A stretch of DNA of 32,000 nucleotides from Candidatus Hermodarchaeota archaeon. Its GTDB lineage: Archaea; Asgardarchaeota; Heimdallarchaeia; Hodarchaeales; Hodarchaeaceae. A program made the translations under genes and the position numbers. Positions 7,872 through 17,589 of this stretch are shown in pieces. Numbering within the stretch: position 1 is the stretch's first letter; the number at the start of each line of letters is the position of its first letter. The notes under the pieces are model-generated. The model was not told the origin of the DNA, did not search any database, and saw nothing but the letters and a program-made list of their open reading frames with translations. The DNA is taken from assembly GCA_048886185.1 (NCBI GenBank), contig JBHLKY010000020.1, forward strand, positions 46,073-78,072, read 5' to 3'.

Positions 7872-9917
7872 TCATTTGAGCTTAAATACTAAGCCTATTA
7901 ATGCAATCATTAGAAGAATTGTCCCGTAAAAAGCACCCACAAAAGGTGAAAGATTAATTGGTTTTTGAATAGTGAACCTATCTGAAATTTCCGATCTAAT
8001 GAAGCCTAGAGAATCATAAGCTTCAATTTTAATTCGATAGTTTCCTTGAGATATACTACGAATATTCCACTTGAAATAACTCACTTCTCCCTTGGTGCTT
8101 AGAAGTGTCCAGTTGGTACCGTTATCAACAGAGTAATAAACATCATACATTAATTCATGTCCTAAATTATCATTAGTCATCCATGTTATTTCCAAAGTAG
8201 GTTCCGTAAATGTTTCTCCACTCAAAGGAGAAAGAAGAATTATTTTGGCTATATGGTTAGGAAAGTCTGAAGGGGCTGAATCATGATTCCTAAGGAAAAG
8301 ATACCTCTCCTCAAATTCTCCAGGAACCCAGTAATAACCTTCACCCGTCCAATCGGACCAGAAATTCGATGATAGATTATTATCCAGACCAGAATCGAAC
8401 ATATTCACATCATTATCATGAAAATCATTTTCCATAACCAGATTATGCTGTGAATTGTCCACTAATATTCCTACCCCTATTTCATCCGTTGTTTTGCTAG
8501 CGGAGATTGAATTATTAGCAATAACATTATTATCGGATTGATTAGTTAACTTGATGCTATTGATGTTGCTATAGAACGAATTATGACTGATAAAAATACC
8601 TTTAGCGTCTTCAAGTAATAATCCCTCATTGTGTCTTGAAATCGTGTTCTGGCTTATGAAACATTCATCAACGCCTTTTAGATAAATACCAACTTGGTTA
8701 TTCTGAAGATTATTATGAAGTATCTGACAATTACTGAGATTATTAAGACAGATTCCTATAACTCCCCCAGATAATATATTGTCAGTAATCTGAAAATAGT
8801 AATCTACATTTTTAATATTTATTAAATTCAACGAAATTTTATCAGTAAATATGAATCCACTAATGATATAGGGATCTATAGAGCTTCCAGCACCTTTTAG
8901 ATTGAAATCTTTCACTATAAGATCAAATTCTTTATTTCCATCAATTATAATTGAATGAAGATCAAAATCTGCGTAAGAATATACCTGTGTTTCATAATTA
9001 AGATATATTCGGTCTAGAACTACATAATTCTTAGTTACTATGATTTGAGTAACTATAAGAGATGTCTCTCCTATTTGTGAATTTCGTAGTAATGCTGCAT
9101 CAAGGGATACTGAAATCTCATTTATTCCTTCCTCTAGAAAGCTTTGATTCACACTTTTGAGAACCCCCGTAAAGGAATCAGTGTCAGGTACCACCTCCAT
9201 TTCGATATGATACATTCCCCTCTTAAGAATATCTATCCTTATCTCAATAATTAAATGATCAAAATACGAATCGAAATCGGAATCTACAACACGTTCCCCA
9301 ATTATGCCTAATATCAGCAGAAAGTGATCAAATTCCTCACGTAAGTATACACGAGTAGTGTAGGAATCTGTATCTGTAAATATTGGCGCAGAAAATTGGG
9401 TAAAATTAATAATATTGATTTCCTTTATATGGAATGATACATTATAACCAAATGAAAGGAATGATTCAGCTGTAGCTACTGGGATACTCAAATTATTAAT
9501 CCCTATGGACAAAAGCTCTTTTCTCGATATTTCAATAGGTTCAATAGAAAAAGGAGTTATACCTTGCACTAAGGGTTGAATAAGAAGAGTTATAGTAAAG
9601 GGAGTAGGAACATACTGAGTCATGTTGATTTCAACGAATAAAACAACACGATCAAGAAGAGAAGAATTATCCAAATCTTCTCCCAAATCGGAGTAGTTAA
9701 CATAAACTACTGGTAATGTGGATGTTTGTTCTATTATGGAAATAGTTGAATCTATTTTAGAAGGAAAAGTATCACACTCACCGAGGACTTCTAACTTTGT
9801 TGTTTTGATTTCTAATGCTTCTTTGTCTAATCTAGGAAGAATTAGAAGGAAAATAATCATTATTAATACTTTAGTTGAACAATTCATAATATTAGAACCA
9901 GATAATATTTTTCTCAA
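7872..9917 (-). CDS. Membrane-anchored surface glycoprotein: two tandem Ig-like repeats, NosD/CASH right-handed beta-helix, Ig-like domain, C-terminal TM
   Basis: N-terminal hydrophobic signal (VLIMIIFLLIL); GAGSSIDPYII motif; Asn-rich beta-helix repeats (NNLQNNQVGIYL, NTISRHNEGLLL); NFWSDW tail; YYSVDNGTNW Ig-like domain; C-terminal TM FVGAFYGTILLMIALIGLVF plus KLK; about 14 N-x-S/T sequons. ATG9887 is an alternative start. Confidence 0.8.
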   Translation of the reverse strand: MRKILSGSNIMNCSTKVLIMIIFLLILPRLDKEALEIKTTKLEVLGECDTFPSKIDSTISIIEQTSTLPVVYVNYSDLGEDLDNSSLLDRVVLFVEINMTQYVPTPFTITLLIQPLVQGITPFSIEPIEISRKELLSIGINNLSIPVATAESFLSFGYNVSFHIKEINIINFTQFSAPIFTDTDSYTTRVYLREEFDHFLLILGIIGERVVDSDFDSYFDHLIIEIRIDILKRGMYHIEMEVVPDTDSFTGVLKSVNQSFLEEGINEISVSLDAALLRNSQIGETSLIVTQIIVTKNYVVLDRIYLNYETQVYSYADFDLHSIIIDGNKEFDLIVKDFNLKGAGSSIDPYIISGFIFTDKISLNLINIKNVDYYFQITDNILSGGVIGICLNNLSNCQILHNNLQNNQVGIYLKGVDECFISQNTISRHNEGLLLEDAKGIFISHNSFYSNINSIKLTNQSDNNVIANNSISASKTTDEIGVGILVDNSQHNLVMENDFHDNDVNMFDSGLDNNLSSNFWSDWTGEGYYWVPGEFEERYLFLRNHDSAPSDFPNHIAKIILLSPLSGETFTEPTLEITWMTNDNLGHELMYDVYYSVDNGTNWTLLSTKGEVSYFKWNIRSISQGNYRIKIEAYDSLGFIRSEISDRFTIQKPINLSPFVGAFYGTILLMIALIGLVFKLK

Positions 9918-10036
9918 GTAATCTCAAGATTTGATCATTAGATCTTTTTCTGTTTAGCAAAACATCCTTTTTTGCCTGAAGTTTTAGATATAATAATAAT
10001 TTATTTCAATAAGTATCTATCTTGTAGGTGGTATAA

Positions 10037-10876
10037 ATGAGTAACGACACAAAGTTTGGTGTATATATTGCCAATTATGGAGTTTTTACAGATCCTCAAG
10101 AGTATATAAAGCTATCAATTATAGCAGAAGAAAGTAATTGGGATGGTTTTTTTATTTGGGATCACATATATCTAAATAAAGATAATCCTGAGCCAACATT
10201 TGATCCATGGATATTGTTAGCAAGTGTAGCTGCAAAAACAGAAAAATTGAGAATGGGTACAACTGTGACTGCATTAGCGAGAAGGAGACCATGGAAAATC
10301 GCAAGAGAGACAGTTTCATTAGATCGATTGTCTAATGGAAGATTAATATTAGGAGTTGGATTAGGAGTAGATACTGAATTCAGTGATTTCGGCGAAAATA
10401 GTGACCCTCAAGTTCGTGGAAAGAAATTGGATGAAGCACTCGACATCTTAGTAGGATTATGGACAGGTGAACCATTCTCTTATCAAGGTGAATATTATAG
10501 GATGAATGAGGTTCAATTCATTCCTAAACCAATACAGGAATCAATACCAATTTGGGTTGGAGGTACCTGGCCAAATAAAAAGCCTTTTAAACGAGCAGCA
10601 AAATTTAATGGGATTTTTCCTCTTAGAGAAGGATTTAACGAACCCTTGTGGCCAGATGATATGAAAGAGATAATTAAATTCATTAAACTTCATCAAAAAA
10701 TCCCAAAATCCTTTGACGTTATACATACTGTCGTCACTTCAACTAAAAAAGAAGAAAATCAATGGATACACGACTACATTGAGGCTGGAGTAACTTGGAT
10801 CGTTGAGTGCATTTATCCTGGTCGTGATTCCATTAAAAATATTCAAAAGATAGTACAACAGGGGCCACCAGTGTAA
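10037..10876 (+). CDS. LLM-class (luciferase-like) flavin/F420-dependent oxidoreductase, copy 1
   Basis: WDGFFIWDH, DPWILLASVAAKTE, ARRRPWKIARETVSLDRLSNGRLILGVGLG, PKPIQ..IPIWVGG. GGTGG RBS. Confidence 0.9.
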   Translation: MSNDTKFGVYIANYGVFTDPQEYIKLSIIAEESNWDGFFIWDHIYLNKDNPEPTFDPWILLASVAAKTEKLRMGTTVTALARRRPWKIARETVSLDRLSNGRLILGVGLGVDTEFSDFGENSDPQVRGKKLDEALDILVGLWTGEPFSYQGEYYRMNEVQFIPKPIQESIPIWVGGTWPNKKPFKRAAKFNGIFPLREGFNEPLWPDDMKEIIKFIKLHQKIPKSFDVIHTVVTSTKKEENQWIHDYIEAGVTWIVECIYPGRDSIKNIQKIVQQGPPV

Positions 10877-10899
10877 TAAGTCAGCTGAAAGGGTTTATA

Positions 10900-11328
10900 T
10901 TAATTTAATAATTTAAGTTTGAACAAATATTGAAGATAACTACCCTCTCGTTCTAATTTAATTAATAAATCTAATCTGCTTTGATAAAATTCAATACTTT
11001 CATAGAGAAAGGGCAGACGAGAAGAAAAGAACTTCCGTAATTCAGGGTGTGATGTCACCTTCTTATACATTCTAGCTTTCATTTTTAATAAACAATGACA
11101 TCCTTTTGTTCTTTGCTTCATTTTATAAATAACGGTTAAAATGTCTTCAAGGTGTTGATCGATATTGTTATATTTTGCATGCCTGATTTTATGACATATA
11201 GAAGATATCTTTCTAAGCTGCCGTAAATTATAGGTCCGATAATGCTCATCATCACTATCTAAGAGTAGAGTTTGTTCGAAATCAATTATTTTTTTGTTAT
11301 AAGCTAAAAATTCATGAACAAGTTCCAT
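10900..11328 (-). CDS. Hypothetical all-helical protein (about 142 aa)
   Basis: Fills the gap between flanking genes; GGAG RBS 8 nt before ATG11328 (track start is TTG11346); amphipathic helical pattern. No family recognised. Confidence 0.6.
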   Translation of the reverse strand: MELVHEFLAYNKKIIDFEQTLLLDSDDEHYRTYNLRQLRKISSICHKIRHAKYNNIDQHLEDILTVIYKMKQRTKGCHCLLKMKARMYKKVTSHPELRKFFSSRLPFLYESIEFYQSRLDLLIKLEREGSYLQYLFKLKLLN

Positions 11329-11544
11329 ATAATTTACTCCAGTCAATTTACATAAAATATAAGTATTATGGAATATTAAAACCTATCTCGAGAATCTTTC
11401 CGGGAATCTATAGCTTCCTTAAAAAGAACAAGGTAAAAACATATTTTTTGTCGGAATTGTTCTTTATACTCTAATTACATTTGGGTAAGAAATATCCTTT
11501 TGAAGAATTCTATCAGTAACGGAGAATACATCTATTATAATTGA

Positions 11545-12231
11545 ATGTGTATCACTATGTGCTTAGTAATTGAGTGGCAAGATAAAGGAGAAGAAGTAAT
11601 ATTTCTTATTAATACCTCTATTAAGAAATATAGGGCAGCTCTTAGAAAACTACAATATCCTGAATTAGAAGAGGGGTTTGGAAGAAGCTTTCCTAAAGAT
11701 ATTCCACACCTAGACAAATATTTCAAGAGATTTAGGAAAATTGCTTTGGAAATGCTCAAACAAACAACCGATGAAGTACCTACACCGTGGGAAAAGACAT
11801 TGATAGCCTTCATGAAATTAATAGGATCTAATCCTCTCCATTGGTGGGTAACAGGAAGTTGTGCGTTGGCTTTATATGGTGTGGAGATTTCTCCACGAGA
11901 TATTGATCTTGTGACAAATTATGAAAGTGCTTTAAAATTGGGGGAACTTCTTGATGATTATATCTACGAACCAGTAATTGAACCGCAGGATTGGTTCTGT
12001 AAATGGTTTGGAAGAGCATTTTTGCACATGCGAATTGAATGGATTGGAGGAGTATATGAAGACGAAAGCATACAGATTCAGAAAGATTTTGGTTATTTAG
12101 CAGAAAAGCAATTACAAAATATAAAGTGGAGAAATTATGTCATAAAAGTACCACCATTAGAGACCTTATTAGAGCAGACTGAAAGACGTGGATTAGATAG
12201 TAGAGCTGAAAAGATTAAAAAAATGTTGTAA
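11545..12231 (+). CDS. Nucleotidyltransferase (Pol-beta-like MNT fold) with N-terminal extension
   Basis: WWVTGSCALALYGVEISPRDIDL has the G-S...D-x-D signature; third acidic residue probably in RIEWIG. Start may be Met5 (11557). Confidence 0.78.
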   Translation: MCITMCLVIEWQDKGEEVIFLINTSIKKYRAALRKLQYPELEEGFGRSFPKDIPHLDKYFKRFRKIALEMLKQTTDEVPTPWEKTLIAFMKLIGSNPLHWWVTGSCALALYGVEISPRDIDLVTNYESALKLGELLDDYIYEPVIEPQDWFCKWFGRAFLHMRIEWIGGVYEDESIQIQKDFGYLAEKQLQNIKWRNYVIKVPPLETLLEQTERRGLDSRAEKIKKML

Positions 12232-12235
12232 TTAT

Positions 12236-13009
12236 TTAATCGATTGTGTTCCAACGGCGGTCTTTCATATCCTGCTCATAACGATTAAACCATCCTTCAC
12301 TCGGTTGAGGCCAGTCCCTGAAATTTAATAATAAATCATAGAACTCTGTTGCGGTTGTTAAGCAAGGATTTTGTATTAATTTCTTCATAAAATAAATAAA
12401 ATCTTTGGGTTTCTTTTTTGCTTCCTCTAACTGGTTCAAAAACCACTTTCGACCAGGATAAAACATCTTATTATGAGTTAAAATCATTCTCCCTCCAAAT
12501 AATGTTATGAGTATTGCTGTTTGGTATAAAACATAAATATTTTTACTATAATGTCCATATTCAAGATAAGAATAATGCATCTTGACTTGACTATAAAAAC
12601 ATTCTAATCTATTTTCAATATTAGCAGAAGGAAATGTAGTAATTTGCTTCAATAAAGTATCTAGATTTGGTACTTTCGAAAAAATAACGTTTGATCCAAC
12701 AAAAGCATACCTAGAAACATCAGAACCATTGTTAATTAGCCACTTCAACATATTCACAGTCTTTGCAGACCCATTTGCTTCAATACAAGGAGGAATACAA
12801 AAAGAATTAATATTGAATTGGATATCGGAATTACGTTCTCTAGTTTTATACTCATCATCTGATACCACTAAAATGAAATCAATATCAGATTCAGGGCCTG
12901 CTGACCCACGAGCTACAGAGCCGTTAGTGATAAAAGCTAAAACATTTGGATCGTGAATGAAATGCAACTTAATGTTATTTATAATCTGCTTATGATGTTC
13001 ATGGAGCAT
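12236..13009 (-). CDS. Nucleotidyltransferase domain protein with C-terminal helical domain (KNTase/LinB-like architecture)
   Basis: AFITNGSVARGSAGPESDIDFILVV (GS-x-ARG...SDID), followed by a helical C-terminal half. Confidence 0.82.
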   Translation of the reverse strand: MLHEHHKQIINNIKLHFIHDPNVLAFITNGSVARGSAGPESDIDFILVVSDDEYKTRERNSDIQFNINSFCIPPCIEANGSAKTVNMLKWLINNGSDVSRYAFVGSNVIFSKVPNLDTLLKQITTFPSANIENRLECFYSQVKMHYSYLEYGHYSKNIYVLYQTAILITLFGGRMILTHNKMFYPGRKWFLNQLEEAKKKPKDFIYFMKKLIQNPCLTTATEFYDLLLNFRDWPQPSEGWFNRYEQDMKDRRWNTID

Positions 13010-13060
13010 AAAATAACCTAGAGTGATTTTCTTTATTTATTTTAGCAGATCAATAGATGA

Positions 13061-13984
13061 CTATATCGAAAAGGCAATTGCTGGGTTTTCGACAGTGATC
13101 TTTTGAATCAAATTATCTTGAATTCCATGGTCGTGTAACATCGGCAAGAATTCGGTGATGAATGGACTAAATGGTCTTATTTCGCCTCCATTGGGTTCTC
13201 CCACGAAGAAACAACCGGCATCTTGTGACAGTAGGATTTGATCCTGATACTCTTGATCAAGCAATATGTCCAAGATATTGATTATCTTATCATTTTGACC
13301 TTCTTGGCCGACTCCATCGAGCTCTATCCAAGCTCCTCGTTCAGCAACTTGTGAAATAAGTTCAATTTTCTCTTCAATGTTTGCATGTACAAAGATCCAT
13401 TTTTGTGGATTTACATCATATGCCTCAAGAACTTCAAGGATTTGTATTGCTTTCTCTCCAAAACATGTATGAGTGGCTATTGTAAGATTTGTCTTTTTTG
13501 AAACTACTGCTGCCACTTCAATCAATTTCTTTTCGATATCAGTAAATTTCCCACCATCTACAGCAGTTTTAATGAAACCTGGTTTAATTCCTGTACCTTC
13601 TATACCTTCATTTGCTTCTTGAATCCATTGACCTGCTAATTTTTCGATTGATTGAGTATAGGCTTGCTTTGGAATATATGGTTCTCGGCCATATAAGCCT
13701 GTATTTGTAAGAATATTTAGCTTTGTTCTATTTGCCAATTCTTTTAGAATGGAAACATCTCTTGCAAGATACATTGGTGTACAATCAATAAATGTTGTTA
13801 CACCGAGCTTTTGGATGTCCATTAGATATGGAAACATGACTTTAATGACTTCTTTAGGATTGTATCTGTGCTTGCCAGTTTCTTCAGCACCAATAAAATC
13901 TACCAAAATATGTTCATGTGGAAGGGTGAAACCCATTTTATTTGATTGGATTTCACCCGTTACTGTCATTATTTTTTGATTCAT
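13061..13984 (-). CDS. php: Phosphotriesterase-family metallohydrolase (PTE/PHP lactonase)
   Basis: TLPHEHILVD (HxH), TFIDCTP, GFIKT (carbamylated Lys), ATHT, FVHA, LSQDAG, ENPAIAF. Confidence 0.92.
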   Translation of the reverse strand: MNQKIMTVTGEIQSNKMGFTLPHEHILVDFIGAEETGKHRYNPKEVIKVMFPYLMDIQKLGVTTFIDCTPMYLARDVSILKELANRTKLNILTNTGLYGREPYIPKQAYTQSIEKLAGQWIQEANEGIEGTGIKPGFIKTAVDGGKFTDIEKKLIEVAAVVSKKTNLTIATHTCFGEKAIQILEVLEAYDVNPQKWIFVHANIEEKIELISQVAERGAWIELDGVGQEGQNDKIINILDILLDQEYQDQILLSQDAGCFFVGEPNGGEIRPFSPFITEFLPMLHDHGIQDNLIQKITVENPAIAFSI

Positions 13985-14059
13985 TATAAATCCCTAATTA
14001 AAGTTATTTATGAGCTGATAATTAATTTGATTCGTTGAAACAGTAAAATTATTACTAGA

Positions 14060-14554
14060 TCAATTAAAATCATAAATGAACGGAGGTTTAATTCCTAGTA
14101 TACGTAAATATAAGCATAATTGTCCTCTGTGATGAATAGTTTCCTCAAGGATCGTTGATAATGACTCAAATCCTCCCATTTTAACACCACCCCAGCAGTT
14201 ATAAGTAATTTGTTTATCCATGTCTTCCTCCGTTAATTTTTCGACCGTTTCTTGAATAAATTGTTTAACTTTCCCACCATATTCTACAATTTCTTTTGAA
14301 GAATCAATTTTTTGGGGATCGAAGGGAATAAGATTGTAATCCTCATTATTGAACTCGCCTTTCAAAGCCCCAGCTGTTAGGGTTAATGAACCCTGGTAAA
14401 CATGAATACCAAGTTCTGCTATCGTCATTGCATCCTCACTAGGTTTCCAATTGAGTTTATTATCGGGAATTAATAAAATTGCTTTATCTAATGTCTTCAT
14501 TGCCATATTCAATGCATAATGTAATTGACCCTTCACATTTTCTAATTTTTGCAT
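14060..14554 (-). CDS. DinB family protein, copy 1
   Basis: LNWKPSEDAMTIAELGIH and EETIHHRGQLCLYLRILGIKPP. GGGTGA RBS. Confidence 0.9.
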   Translation of the reverse strand: MQKLENVKGQLHYALNMAMKTLDKAILLIPDNKLNWKPSEDAMTIAELGIHVYQGSLTLTAGALKGEFNNEDYNLIPFDPQKIDSSKEIVEYGGKVKQFIQETVEKLTEEDMDKQITYNCWGGVKMGGFESLSTILEETIHHRGQLCLYLRILGIKPPFIYDFN

Positions 14555-14814
14555 AATTCTTCACCCTTTTTCATCATTAATTGAACTAGTAAGTTAATTT
14601 AAATGTCAGTGGCTTACATAAATCTGGATTTTTGATATTTTTGTCAGAAAAATTCCTTTAAGCATCGTATTAAAGATATTCTTCGATACATGTTGTTTTA
14701 TGAAAAACTAATGTTATGAGTTAAAAAATATTTCAATGGTTTTATAGTTTTTAGCTATATTTGTCTGTTTAAATGATTTTAATAAATTATCCGAATTAAT
14801 TGGTGGATTAGTGA

Positions 14815-15216
14815 ATGCAAAAAGAAATCATCATTATTGATGGCATAAAGAGGCCAACAAGTCCATTTAATCATGTTGTTAAAGCTGGCGATATATTATT
14901 TCTTTCTAGCCAATTATCTTGTGATTTGAAAACAGGTGATATTATTCCTGGAACGATTAAGCAGCAAACACAGAAAGCATTACAAAATGTACAATTTTTA
15001 TTAGAATCTTCAGGTACTTCAATGGATAATATTGTGAAGGTTACGATCTTTATGAAAGATGTGAATGAATTTAATCAGATGAATCAAGTATATCGAGAAT
15101 TTTTTAAAGTTGGACATGAACCCACTCGTGTAACAATCCAAGCTCTTTCGCCAATCGAGGGAATAAAGATTGAGATTGAAGTAATCGCGGTAATTACAGC
15201 TAAACTAAACGATTAA
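14815..15216 (+). CDS. ridA: RidA/YjgF/UK114 enamine-imine deaminase
   Basis: SPFNHVVKAGDILFLSSQL, NIVKVTIFMKD, FNQMNQVYREFF, PTR (catalytic Arg), KIEIEVIA. Confidence 0.92.
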   Translation: MQKEIIIIDGIKRPTSPFNHVVKAGDILFLSSQLSCDLKTGDIIPGTIKQQTQKALQNVQFLLESSGTSMDNIVKVTIFMKDVNEFNQMNQVYREFFKVGHEPTRVTIQALSPIEGIKIEIEVIAVITAKLND

Positions 15217-15224
15217 TAACCTCT

Positions 15225-15240
15225 ATACAATCCCTTGTAT
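15225..15240. terminator. Short hairpin directly after ridA
   Basis: ATACAA-tccc-TTGTAT, 9 nt after the stop codon. Confidence 0.25.
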
Positions 15241-15665
15241 TATGATAGGGGCCTTTCCGGAATCCAACTCTATCCCCCGTTATGATAACTTGGTTGAATT
15301 TATCAATTATGGCGTTCAATTCTCCATATTCAGTATTAATAATGAATTTTATAACATAATCCTAGATATCAATTTTCAATTCAATTATTTTAAATTTCAT
15401 GTAAATTAACGGCATTTCAAAGATTAATTATCCTAAAGATGATCTCCATTGCTTAGCAGCTCGTTCTGAATATAAAATCCCAGACTCCTCGTATTCCTTT
15501 GTTTTCAATAATAGATTAGCTCGCTTTTTCCTATTATCTTCAGTCATTGTTTTTTGAGATTTATTCGATTCAATATCATAATAAAGGAAAACTATTGAAT
15601 TCTTAAAGGAAACAAAAAAGTTTGGGAAAAAAACCAAGAAACTACATTATATAATCAATAGAAAC

Positions 15666-16499
15666 TTATGGGGGATTGAATTTTACTATTGAAGCTTCAA
15701 TCTTCTCCCCAAGAACAGTAGGATTCAGGGAACCTAGATCATACTTCTCTGCTTCAACCAAGTGAAGAACTTCTTCAGGTTTAAATCCCATAATCCTAGC
15801 CATAGTGGCATCTGTTGACACAGCTTTCCTTCCTATTATGAATCTATCTAAGCGTCTTGATTTTGGCCCTGCCCAACCCTCAAGACCTACTCTAGCGTCA
15901 ACAATACAGAGGTTAGGCCGAACTAACCTATTTATGTCAACAATTACATCGTTAATATGGGGATGATAAAATGTTTGATCCTTTCTAGGGAGTAGGCCAA
16001 AAGCATTCTTCAATGTTCCAGTTAAAAAAGTCAAGAAATGAGTTTTTGCTACTGCTAAAGAAATTAAAAACTTTGAACCAAGAAGAATCTCAGGTAACTT
16101 GGGATTCTTAAAATACCTTCCTTCGAAATTGATTTCAATTGTTGGGGAATGAGTAAGATTAATTAATGATACATCAGAGCCAGACATTTGCATTTTTTCT
16201 TCTAAACTTTTATAACCAAATTTGATATAAGCTTCATCAGCAAACTTGCTTGTACTGTCTGACTCCACAATTTTAATAGATAGATCTCGGTTTTCTTTAA
16301 GAATCAATTTTATTAACGCTTCAACTACTAGTACATCATTTACTGCAAAACCAGTCTTATCTACCTGCGTACAAATATTTGGTTTGATCAAGACGGGCGA
16401 TTTCAGGTTCTCAAAACCATTAATAAGACCAATACCATTCTCTAGAGTCTTTCTGATATTTTTTTCATATTTCACCAAAGCTACAGAATCCAATATCAT
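15666..16499 (-). CDS. DUF362 domain protein
   Basis: VLIKPN, IVES, ISLAVAKTH, TGTLKNAFG, LCIVDA..GLEG..GP, DATMARIMGF. No C-terminal ferredoxin domain. Confidence 0.88.
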   Translation of the reverse strand: MILDSVALVKYEKNIRKTLENGIGLINGFENLKSPVLIKPNICTQVDKTGFAVNDVLVVEALIKLILKENRDLSIKIVESDSTSKFADEAYIKFGYKSLEEKMQMSGSDVSLINLTHSPTIEINFEGRYFKNPKLPEILLGSKFLISLAVAKTHFLTFLTGTLKNAFGLLPRKDQTFYHPHINDVIVDINRLVRPNLCIVDARVGLEGWAGPKSRRLDRFIIGRKAVSTDATMARIMGFKPEEVLHLVEAEKYDLGSLNPTVLGEKIEASIVKFNPP

Positions 16500-16522
16500 C
16501 AGCTACCACTAAAAGCTATTGT

Positions 16523-17377
16523 CTAATCAACATTGGGAGGGCCTCTTTGAATACGTGTGAGAAGCTCTTCTTCAGTACCAATCCAATCATTGATGTGTTC
16601 CATAAACCAGGTTGCCCCAGCTTCAAACCATGGCTGAACGATTTCGGTATCTTTCGACGTATCAATGCCTGTAGTTGTACCACCACCTACAACTTCAAAC
16701 CCTTCAAGATTACCTCTCTTATTCTTTATAATGTTTAATACATCTTTTAACTTGTCAGGACCAAATTCAACACCAAACTCTGCTGCAGGAACAACACCTT
16801 CATAATTTGCAGCACGATAAAAAGGTAATTTATTAGGCCAATATCCAGCAATCCAAATGGGAATTCTTGGTTCCTGAAGTGGTTTAGGAATAAATGTTAC
16901 CTCTTTGATAGTAAAATGTTTACCATTATAAAAGAAGGGTTTTCCTTCCCATAATCCTATAAGAATCTCTAAACCTTCATCAAGTTTTTCAGCTCTGATT
17001 CTTGGCTCCACTGGCTCATTAAAAAGCTCAAATTCCTCAAAAGTACCTCCTAATCCAAAACCAAGTATCAGTCGTCCTCCTGATAAGTGATCCAAAGTGA
17101 CAGCTTCTCTCGCCACTTTCCATGGTCTCCTACGCGCCAAAGGTGTCACCATAGGCCCCAGTTTTATTCTTTCAGTTTTTGCTGCAACAGCGGACAGGAT
17201 TATCCAAGGATCTAATACTTTTAATGTGTGATTATCCCAAAAACCCCAAATATGGTCCCAGATGAAAAAACCATCCCATCCCGCATCTTCAGCTGCTTCT
17301 GCGCAATCAATGTGAAATTCAATTCCCTTCTTCTGGTGTCGACCTATAAAACATATTATATTGATTCCATACTTCAC
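16523..17377 (-). CDS. LLM-class (luciferase-like) flavin/F420-dependent oxidoreductase, copy 2
   Basis: Same motifs as copy 1: WDGFFIWDH, ARRRPWKVARE, GRLILGFGLG, WPNK.PF.RAA, GPP C-terminus. Confidence 0.9.
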   Translation of the reverse strand: MKYGINIICFIGRHQKKGIEFHIDCAEAAEDAGWDGFFIWDHIWGFWDNHTLKVLDPWIILSAVAAKTERIKLGPMVTPLARRRPWKVAREAVTLDHLSGGRLILGFGLGGTFEEFELFNEPVEPRIRAEKLDEGLEILIGLWEGKPFFYNGKHFTIKEVTFIPKPLQEPRIPIWIAGYWPNKLPFYRAANYEGVVPAAEFGVEFGPDKLKDVLNIIKNKRGNLEGFEVVGGGTTTGIDTSKDTEIVQPWFEAGATWFMEHINDWIGTEEELLTRIQRGPPNVD

Positions 17378-17589
17378 GTTATTACACTGTCCTTATTTTT
17401 TTGAATTCCTACTTTGCTTTTTAATTGTGATAGATACAAAGAAGACTACTCTATATTCCTAAAAAGTAAATTTTAATTTCTAGTATGAAATATATGATGT
17501 TGTTAATCCAGACCAGTTCTAAAGTAACCTTGCCTAGAAAGAGCTTCCCTAGTATTTTTATCTCAATTTTTACAAAAGAAGCTTGCACT

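Noticed and set aside
9718-14000. ORFs 9718-9921, 10541-10726, 11535-11813, 11828-12019, 12729-12956, 13749-13979
   Set aside because: All overlap recognised genes on the opposite strand.
15428-15637. 69-aa minus-strand ORF as called in the track
   Set aside because: The N-terminal part is F/K-rich, AT-biased intergenic sequence. Only the 39-aa part from ATG15547 is conceivable, and it has no clear RBS or family.
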